Source: Squalus acanthias (Eukaryota). Taken from it: a DNA stretch of 64,000 bases. Numbering within the stretch: the first letter of the stretch is position 1; each line of letters opens with the position of its first letter. A program made the translations under genes and the position numbers. This document shows positions 51,114 to 61,400 of this stretch, piece after piece. The notes below the pieces were generated by a model that saw only the letters and a list, made by a program, of their open reading frames with translations, searched no databases and had not been told where the DNA came from. Location: the NCBI GenBank assembly GCA_030390025.1, contig CM059431.1:137332001-137396000 (forward strand). Direction: 5' to 3'.

Positions 51114-53980
51114 TCAGTATCCCGTCCCCGCCTTCTCTCCGTAACCCTTAACCCCTTTTGCCTGTAGAAATATATCTAATTCCCTCTTAAATATATTTAA
51201 TGAGCTGGCGTACACTGCCCTCTGTGGCAATGAGTTCCACAGGTTCACCACCCTCTGAGTGAAGAAATTCCCCCTCATTTCTGTCCTAAATGGTTTAGCC
51301 CTTATCCTTAAATTATGTCCTCTAGTTCTGTTCTCACCCGCCAAGGGAAACATTCCTTCTGCATCTAGTCTGTCTAGACCTGTCAGAATTTTATACACTT
51401 CTATGAGGTCCCCTCTCAATCTTCTAAACTCCAGTGTGTACATCCCTAAACTACATAGTCTCTCCTCATAGGTCAATCCCGCCATTCCAGGTATCAGCCT
51501 GGTGAATCGCCGCTGCACCCCCTCCATGGCAAGAACATCTTTCCTCAGATGAGGCGACCAAAACTGTACACAGTACTCGAGGTGTGGTCTCACCAGTGCC
51601 CTGTACAGCTGCAGCAAGGTATCCCTGTTCCTGTATTCCAACCCTTTTGCTATGAAGGCCAGCATACCGTTTGCCTTCTTGACTGCCTGGTGCACCTGCA
51701 TGCTCGCCTTCAGTGACTGGTGTACAAGAACACCCAGGTCTCTCTGTACTTCCCCCTCTCCCAATTTATTGCCATTTAAATAATAATTTGCCCTCCCGTT
51801 CCTGCACCCAAGGTGGATAACTTCGCACTTGTCCACATTATAGTGCATCTGCCATTTATCCGCCCAATCACCCAGTCTGTCCAAATCGCTCTGGAGCTTC
51901 CTGGTCTCCTCCTCTGAGCCCACCCCCCCTCCTAGTTTAGTGTCGTCTGCAAATTTGGAAATGCTGCATCCGACTCCCTGATCCAGGTCATTAATGTAAA
52001 TTGTGAACAGCTGGGGACCCAGGACAGATCCCTGTGGTACCCCACTTGTTACTGCCTGCCATTCAGAAAATGAGCCGTTTATTCCAACTCTTTGTTTTCT
52101 ATCTGACAGCCAGTTCTCTATCCACGTCAATACTTTCCCCTTTATCCCATGAGCTTCAATTTTCCATGCTAATCTTTTATGTGGGACCTTATCGAAGGCC
52201 TTTTGGAAGTCCAGGTACACCACATCTACTGGCACTCCCCCATCTATTTTACCAGTTACTCCCTCAAAAAATTCCAATAGATTAGTCAAGCACGATTTAC
52301 CCTTTGTAAATCCATGTTGACTCTGTCCTATCCTGTCCCCATTTGCTAAGTGCTCCGCTATTTCATCCTTAATGATGGACTCCAGCATTTTGCCCACAAC
52401 TGATGTAAGGCTTACAGGTCTGTAATTACCTGCTTTTTCCCTACCCACCTTTTTGAATAGTGGGGTAACGTTAGCTACCCTCCAATCCATGGGCACTGTT
52501 CCCGAGTCTAATGAATTCTGAAAAATCATACTTAGTGCATCCGCTATCTCTAGGGCCACCTCCTTCAGTACCCTAGGATGCATGTTATCAGGCCCTGGGG
52601 ATTTGTCCGCCTTCAATCCCTTTAGCTTCCTTAACACCATATCCTTAGAGATATTGATTTGCGTCAGTTCCTCCTTTGCCAATGTCCCTATTTTTCCCGA
52701 TATCCCAGGGAGGTTTTTTGTGTCTTCCTTCATAAAGACTGACCCAAAGTATGCATTTAGTTGGTCTGCCATTTCCTTATTTCCCATTATATATTCCCCC
52801 GTATCTGACTGCAATGGACCAACTTTGGTTTTCACCAGTCTTTTCCTCTTGATATACTTATAAAAGCTTTTGGAGTTAGTTTTTATATTTTCTGCCAGCT
52901 TGCTTTCGAAAGCTATTTTGCCCCTCTTGATTAAGCCCTTTGTCCTCCTTTGCTCTATCTTAAACTGTTCCCAATCTTCCGCTCTGGCGCTTTTTTTGGC
53001 TATTTTATACGCCCTATCTTTGGATTTTATGCTGTCTCTAATTTCCCCTGTTATCCACGGTTGAGTCACCTTTTTAGATTTCCTTTTATGCCAGATTGGT
53101 ATAAACAATTTTTGCAATTTTGTCATTCTATCTTTAAATGCTTGCCATTGTTTATCTACCTCCAGTCCTCCCAGGAACGTTGTCCAATCAGACCTACTCA
53201 GTTCCCGTCTAATGGCATCATAAATCCCCTTGTTTAAATTCAGGACCTTATCTCTGAGTCAATTTCTTCGCTCTCCATTTCGAGTGAGAAATCGATCATG
53301 TTATGATCGCTCTGACCCAAGGGTCCCCGTACAACAAGATTACTAATTAGTCCCTTCTCATAGCACAGTACCCAGTCCAATATAGCCTGTTCCCGAGTTG
53401 GTTCCTCGACATATTGATCCAGATAACCATCCCTTAAACACTCAAGGAATTCCTCCTCCTCATTATTTTTACTGATTAGGCTAGCCCAATCTATATGTAA
53501 GTTAAATTCACCTATGATGACAGCTGTGCTCTTATTGCACGCTTCTCTAATTTCCCTCGTGATGCCCTCCCCAACCTCTATTTTACTATTTGGAGGCCTA
53601 TATACCACTCCTAATAATGTTTTTCGCCCCTCGCTATTTCTTAGCTCCACCCATATAGATTCTGTATTAACTGAGTTAATATCCTTCCTTTCAATTGCAT
53701 TTATCCCCTCTTTTACCAGCAATGCTACCCCTCCTCCCTTTCTTTTTTGTCGATCCTTCCTAAATACTGAATACCCCTGTATGTTAAGCTCCCAGCCCTG
53801 CTCACCCTGCAACCATGTTTCCGTAATCCCAATTAGATCATAATTATTAACCTCTATTTCCACAGCTAATTCATCTACCTTGTTCCTGATGCTTCTCGCA
53901 TTAAGGTATAAAACCCTCAGGCTTTTTTTATGCTCACATTTTTTATGAATTAGTTTGGCCCTTTGTTTTTTGTTCCTCAC
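51114..53980 (-). CDS. CR1 ORF2p (APE endonuclease plus reverse transcriptase) with one frameshift at ~53246
   Basis: YLNARS, GITETWL, SDHN, GVPQGSVLGP, KFADDTK. Restoring one G at ata-agg-(g)tc-ctg joins the two ORFs. Confidence 0.95.
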
Positions 53981-54054
53981 CCTTTTACCATTTATTTCTG
54001 TCTGCCTTTCACTTTCCTCTATTTCACTACATAGGTTTCTAGCCCCCTGCCATA

Positions 54055-55002
54055 TTAGTTTAAATGCTCCCGAACTGCTTTATCAAAAATTACCCCGAGA
54101 ACATCAGTTCCATCTTTGCACAGGTGTAGACCGTCCCTTTTGTATAGGTCACACCTACCACAAAACTGGTTCCAATGCCTCAAAAATTTAAAACCCTCCC
54201 TCTTACACCACTGCTCAAGCCACGTATTTAGCCTAACTATCCTGTTCTCTGTACTCTTACTAGCACGTGGCACTGGTAGTAATCCAGAGATTACTACCTT
54301 CGAGGTCCTACTTTTTAGCTTGGCTCCTAACTCCCTAAATTCTACTTGTAGGACCTCTTCCCTTTTTTTAGCTACGTCGTTGGTACCAACATGTATCACG
54401 ACAACTGGCTGTTCCCCCTCCCCCTCCAGAATGTTCTGCACCCGCGCCGAGACATCCTTGACCCTTGCACCAGGGAGGCAACATACCATCCTGGAGTCTC
54501 AGTCGCGACCACAGAAACCCCTATCTATTCCCCTTACAATCGAATCCCCTATTACTATAGCCCTGCCACTCTTTTTCCCTCCCTTCTTTGCAACAGAGCC
54601 AGTCATGGTGCCATGAGCCTGGCTGCTGGTGCCTTCCCCCGATGAGTCATCCCCCCCGACAACAGCACCTAAGGCGGTGAACCTGTTGCTAAGGGAGACA
54701 ACCCCAGGGGATTTCTGCACTACCTTCCTGCCCTTGCTCTGCCTTTTGGTCACCCATGTACTATCTACGCTGGCCTTAACCTGCGGTGTGACCAACTCAC
54801 TAAATGTGCTATCCACAACCCTCTCAGAATCGTGGATGCTCCAAAGTGACTCCATCCGCAGCTCAAGGGCCGTCATGCGGTCCCACATGAGCTGCAGCTG
54901 GACACACTTCCCGCACACATGGTTGTTAGGGACACAGGAAGCGTCCCTGATTTCCCACATGTTACAGGAGGAGCATGACACAGGTCCGAGCTCTACTGCC
55001 AT
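54055..55002 (-). CDS. CR1 ORF1p (Cys-rich zinc-finger-like, coiled coil, SGNH esterase) with one in-frame stop at 54499-54501
   Basis: CSSCNMW...CGKC, IVIGDSIVR, VIHVGTND, DGLHL. ORFs 54499..55002 and 54055..54489 share a frame across RD*DSRM, likely CGA>TGA. Confidence 0.9.
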
Positions 55003-55450
55003 GACTTAACCCTTATATTACTTTTTAATTTTCTAGTTTTAGCTTATTTATTGACTTTTGTTTTCCCGAAGCTTACTTAGACCAATGTATACTGTACTCC
55101 TCTTATTCCTTTTTAAACTAACCAAATCCCACTAGTTTTAGTTTTACTTTCTAGGAAGGTTTGAGGAAAGTACTTATCAGTTAGTCTTACCTCCCTGGTC
55201 TTTCGCTGACTTCCCAGTCTTGTGTCCCCTTGGTCCTACGCCGACTTCCCGCTCCTCCCGGTAACCGTCCTGCCCTGCTGAAAAGAAACTGAGACCAAAA
55301 AATTTGTGACCTCTGTTTTTAGACTGCTAAAAGACTAGTAGGTTAGAGGAGGAGGGCGGGTGGGGGTTCCTACTCTGTAGGAACTCGGGTTTAAGCCACC
55401 ACCCTCCTTAAATGCCGTTCACCTGGGTGCTTCCCACCTGGTCCGCTTCT

Positions 55451-58400
55451 GGTCTCGTCGCTCCCGACAACAGCCTGTGAAGAAAAGCCCGCGAAAGTGA
55501 GTTCAAATACTCACAGCACCTCACAGCACCTCCGGTCTCGTCGCTCCCGACAACAGCCTGTGAAGAAAAGCCCGCGAAAGTGAGTTCAAATACTCACAGC
55601 ACCACACAGCACCTCCGGTCTCGTCGCTCCCAACAACAGCCTGTGAAGAAAAGCCCGCGAAAGTGAGTTCAAATACTCACAGCACCTCACAGCACCTCCG
55701 GTCTCGTCGCTCCCGACAACAGCCTGTGAAGAAAAGCCCGCAAAAGTGAGTTCAAATACTCACAGCACCTCACAGCACCTCCGGTCTCGTCGCTCCTGAC
55801 AACAGCCTGTGAAGAAAAGCCCGCGAAAGTGAGTTCAAATACTCACAGCACCTCCGGTCTCGTCGCTCCCGACAACAGCCTGTGAAGAAAAGCCCGCGAA
55901 AGTGAGTTCAAACACTCACAGCACCTCACAGCACCTCCGGTCTCGTCGCTCCCGACAACAGCCTGTGAAGAAAAGCCCGCGAAAGTGAGTTCAAATACTC
56001 ACAGCACCTCACAGCACCTCCGGTCTCGTCGCTCCCGACAACAGCCTGTGAAGAAAAGCCCGCGAAAGTGAGTTCAAATTATCACAGCACCTCCGGTCTC
56101 ATCGCTCCCGACAACAGCCTGTGAAGAAAAGCCCGCGAAAGTGAGTTCAAATACTCACAGCACCTCACAGCACCACCGGTCTCGTCGCTCCCGACAACAG
56201 CCTGTGAAGAAAAGCCCGCGAAAGTGAGTTCAAATACTCACAGCACCTCACAGCACCTCCGGTCTCGTCGCTCCCGACAACAGCCTGTGAAGAAAAGCCC
56301 GAGAAAGTGTGTTCAAATACTCACAGCACCTCACAGCACCTCCGGTCTCATCGCTCCCGACAACAGCCTGTGAAGAAAAGCCCGCGAAAGTGAGTTCAAA
56401 TACTCACAGCACCTCCGGTCTCGTCCCTCCCGACAACAGCCTGTGAAGAAAAGCCCGCGAAAGTGAGTTCAAATACTCACAGCACCTCCGGTCTCGTCGC
56501 TCCCGACAACAGCCTGTCAAGAAAAGCCCGCGAAAGTGAGTTCAAATACTCACAGCACCTCACAGCACCTCCGGTCTCATCGCTCCCGACAACAGCCTGT
56601 GAAGAAAAGCCCGCGAAAGTGAGTTCAAATACTCACAGCACCTCACAGCACCTCCGGTCTCGTCGTTCCCGACAACAGCCTGTGAAGAAAAGCCTGCGAA
56701 AGTGAGTTCAAATACTCACAGCACCACACAGCACCTCCGGTCTCGTCGCTCCCGACAACAGCCTGTGAAGAAAAGCCCGCGAAAGTGAGTTCAAATACTC
56801 ACAGCACCTCACAGCACCTCCGGTCTCGTCGCTCCCGACAACAGCCCGTGAAGAAAAGCCCGCGAAAGTGAGTTCAAATACTCACAGCACCTCCGGTCTC
56901 GTCGCTCCCGACAACAGCCTGTGAAGAAAAGCCCGCGAAAGTGAGTTCAAATACTCACAGCACCTCACATCACCTCCGGTCTCGTCGCTCCCGACAACAG
57001 CCTGTGAAGAAAAGCCCGCGAAAGTGTGTTCAAATACTCACAGCACCTCACAGCACCTCCGGTCTCGTCGCTCCCGACAACAGCCTGTGAAGAAAAGCCC
57101 GCGAAAGTGAGTTCAAATACTCACAGCACCTCACAGCACCTCCGGTCTCGTCGCTCCCGACAACAGCCTGTGAAGAAAACCCCGCGAAAGTGAGTTCAAA
57201 TACTCACAGCACCTCCGGTCTCGTCGCTCCCGACAACAGCCTATGAAGAAAAGCCCGCGAAAGTGAGTTCAAATACTCACAGCACCTCACAGCACCTCCG
57301 GTCTCGTCGCTCCCGACAACAGCCTGTGAAGAAAAGCCCGCGAAAGTGAGTTCAAATACTCACAGCACCTCACAGCACCTCCGGTCTCGTCGCTCCTGAC
57401 AACAGCCTGTGAAGAAAAGCCCGCGAAAGTGAGTTCAAATACTCACAGCACCTCACAGCACCTCCGGTCTCGTCGCTCCCGACAACAACCTGTGAAGAAA
57501 AGCCCGCGAAAGTGAGTTCAAATACTCACAGCACCTCACAGTACCTCCGGTCTCATCGCTCCCGACAACAGCCTGTGAAGAAAAGCCCGCGAAAGTGAGT
57601 TCAAATACTCACAGCACCTCCGGTCTCGTCGCTCCCGACAACAGCCTGTAAAGAAAAGCCCACGAAAGTGAGTTCAAATACTCACAGCACCTCACAGCAC
57701 CTCCGGTCTCGTCGCTCCCGACAACAGCCTGTGAAGAAAAGCCCGCGAAAGTGAGTTCAACTACTCACAGCACCTCACAGCACCTCCGGTCTCATCGCTC
57801 CCGACAACAGCCTGTGAAGAAAAGCCCGCGAAAGTGAGTTCAAATACTCACAGCACCTCCGGTCTCGTCGCTCCCGACAACAGCCTGTGAAGAAAAGCCC
57901 GCGAAAGTGAGTTCAAATACTCACAGCACCTCACAGCACCTCCAGTCTCGTCGCTCCCGACAACAGCCTGTCAAGAAAAGCCCGCGAAAGTGAGTTCAAA
58001 TACTCACAGCACCTCACAGCACCTCCGGTCTCATCGCTCCCGACAACAGCCTGTGAAGAAAAGCCCGCGAAAGTGAGTTCAAATACTCACAGCACCTCAC
58101 AGCACCTCCGGTCTCGTCGCTCCCGACAACAGCCTGTGAAGAAAAGCCCGCGAAAGTGAGTTCAAATACTCACAGCACCTCCGGTCTCGTCCCTCCCGAC
58201 AACATCCTGTGAAGAAAAGCCCGCGAAAGTGAGTTCAAATACTCACAGCACCTCACAGCACCTCCGGTCTCATCGCTCCCGACAACAGCCTGTGAAGAAA
58301 AGCCCGCGAAAGTGAGTTCAAATACTCACAGCACCTCACAGCACCTCCGGTCTCGTCGTTCCCGACAACAGCCTGTGAAGAAAAGCCTGCGAAAGTGAGT

Positions 58401-61400
58401 TCAAATACTCACAGCACCTCACAGCACCTCCGGTCTCGTCGCTCCCGACAACAGCCCGTGAAGAAAAGCCCGCGAAAGTGAGTTCAAATACTCACAGCAC
58501 CTCCGGTCTCGTCGCTCCCGACAACAGCCTGTGAAGAAAAGCCCGCGAAAGTGAGTTCAAATACTCACAGCACCTCACATCACCTCCGGTCTCGTCGCTC
58601 CCGACAACAGCCTGTGAAGAAAAGCCCGCGAAAGTGAGTTCAAATACTCACAGCACCTCCGGTCTCGTCGCTCCCGACAACAGTCTGTGAAGAAAAGCCC
58701 GCGAAAGTGAGTTCAAATACTCACAGCACCTCACAGCACCTCCGGTCTCGTCGCTCCCGACAACAGCCCGTGAAGAAAAGCCCGCGAAAGTGAGTTCAAA
58801 TACTCACAGCACCTCCGGTCTCGTCGCTCCCGACAACAGCCTGTGAAGAAAAGCCCGCGAAAGTGAGTTCAAATACTCACAGCACCTCACATCACCTCCG
58901 GTCTCGTCGCTCCCGACAACAGCCTGTGAAGAAAAGCCCGCGAAAGTGAGTTCAAATACTCACAGCACCTCACAGCACCTCCGGTCTCGTCGCTCCCGAC
59001 AACAGCCTGTGAAGAAAAGCCCGCGAAAGTGAGTTCAAATACTCACAGCACCTCACAGCACCTCCGGTCTCGTCGCTCCCGACAACAGCCTGTGAAGAAA
59101 ACCCCGCGAAAGTGAGTTCAAATACTCACAGCACCTCCGGTCTCGTCGCTCCCGACAACAGCCTGTGAAGAAAAGCCCGCGAAAGTGAGTTCAAATACTC
59201 ACAGCACCTCACAGCACCTCCGGTCTCGTCGCTCCCGACAACAGCCTGTGAAGAAAAGCCCGCGAAAGTGAGTTCAAATACTCACAGCACCTCACAGCAC
59301 CTCCGGTCTCGTCGCTCCTGACAACAGCCTGTGAAGAAAAGCCCGCGAAAGTGAGTTCAAATACTCACAGCACCTCACAGCACCTCCGGTCTCGTCGCTC
59401 CCGACAACAACCTGTGAAGAAAAGCCCGCGAAAGTGAGTTCAAATACTCACAGCACCTCACAGTACCTCCGGTCTCATCGCTCCCGACAACAGCCTGTGA
59501 AGAAAAGCCCGCGAAAGTGAGTTCAAATACTCACAGCACCTCCGGTCTCGTCGCTCCCGACAACAGCCTGTGAAGAAAAGCCCACGAAAGTGAGTTCAAA
59601 TACTCACAACACCTCACAGCACCTCCGGTCTCGTCGCTCCCGACAACAGCCTGTGAAGAAAAGCCCGCGAAAGTGAGTTCAACTACTCACAGCACCTCAC
59701 AGCACCTCCGGTCTCATCGCTCCCGACAACAGCCTGTGAAGAAAAGCCCGCGAAAGTGAGTTCAAATACTCACAGCACCTCCGGTCTCGTCGCTCCCGAC
59801 AACAGCCTGTGAAGAAAAGCCCGCGAAAGTGATTTCAAATACTCACAGCACCTCACAGCACCTCCAGTCTCGTCGCTCCCGACAACAGCCTGTCAAGAAA
59901 AGCCCGCGAAAGTGAGTTCAAATACTCACAGCACCTCACAGCACCTCCGGTCTCATCGCTCCCGACAACAGCCTGTGAAGAAAAGCCCGCGAAAGTGAGT
60001 TCAAATACTCACAGCACCTCACAGCACCTCCGGTCTCGTCGCTCCCGACAACAGCCTGTGAAGAAAAGCCCGCGAAAGTGAGTTCAAATACTCACAGCAC
60101 CACACAGCACCTCCGGTCTCGTCGCTCCCGACAACAGCCTGTGAAGAAAAGCCCGCGAAAGTGAGTTCAAATACTCACAGCACCTCACAGCACCTCCGGT
60201 CTCGTCGCTCCCGACAACAGCCTGTGAGGAAAAGCCCGCGAAAGTGAGTTCAAATACTCACAGCACCTCCGGTCTCGTCGCTCCCGACAACAGCCTGTGA
60301 AGAAAAGCCCGCGAAAGTGAGTTCAAATACTCACAGCACCTCACAGCACCTCCGGTCTCGTCGCTCCCGACAACAGCCTGTGAAGAAAAGCCCGCGAAAG
60401 TGAGTTCAAATACTCACAGCACCTTACAGCACCTCCGGTCTCGTCGCTCCCGACAACAGCCTGTGAAGAAAAGCCCGCGAAAGTGAGTTCAAATACTCAC
60501 AGCACCTCACAGCACCTCCGGTCTCGTCGCTCCCGACAACAGCCTGTGAAGAAAACCCCGCGAAAGTGAGTTCAAATACTCACAGCACCTCACAGCACCT
60601 CCGGTCTCGTCGCTCCCGACAACAGCCTGTGAAGAAAAGTCCGCGAAAGTGAGTTCAAATACTCACAGCACCTCACAGTACCTCCGGTCTCGTTGCTCCC
60701 GACAACAGCCTGTGAAGAAAAGCCCGCGAAAGTGAGTTCAAATACTCACAGCCCCTCCGGTCTCATCGCTCCCGACAACAGCCCGTGAAGAAAAGCCCGC
60801 GAAAGTGAGTTCAAATACTCACAGCACCTCCGGTCTCGTCGCTCCCGACAACAGCCTGTGAAGAAAAGCCCGCGAAAGTGAGTTCAAATACTCACAGCAC
60901 CTCACATCACCTCCGGTCTCGTCGCTCCCGACAACAGCCTGCGAAGAAAAGCCCGCGAAAGTGAGTTCAAATACTCACAGCACCTCACAGCACCTCCGGT
61001 CTCGTCGCTCCCGACAACAGCCTGTGAAGAAAAGCCCGCGAAAGTGAGTTCAAATACTCACAGCACCTCACAGCACCTCCGGTCTCGTCGCTCCCGACAA
61101 CAGCCTGTGAAGAAAACCCCGCGAAAGTGAGTTCAAATACTCACAGCACCTCCGGTCTCGTCGCTCCCGACAACAGCCTGTGAAGAAAAGCCCGCGAAAG
61201 TGAGTTCAAATACTCACAGCACCTCACAGCACCTCCGGTCTCGTCGCTCCCGACAACAGCCTGTGAAGAAAAGCCCGCGAAAGTGAGTTCAAATACTCAC
61301 AGCACCTCACAGCACCTCCGGTCTCGTCGCTCCTGACAACAGCCTGTGAAGAAAAGCCCGCGAAAGTGAGTTCAAATACTCACAGCACCTCACAGCACCT

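Larger units (their letters stand above)
51072..55450 (-). mobile_element. Near full-length, young CR1-clade LINE
   Basis: 5' UTR, ORF1 and ORF2 are colinear, with only one nonsense codon and one frameshift seen. Confidence 0.95.
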
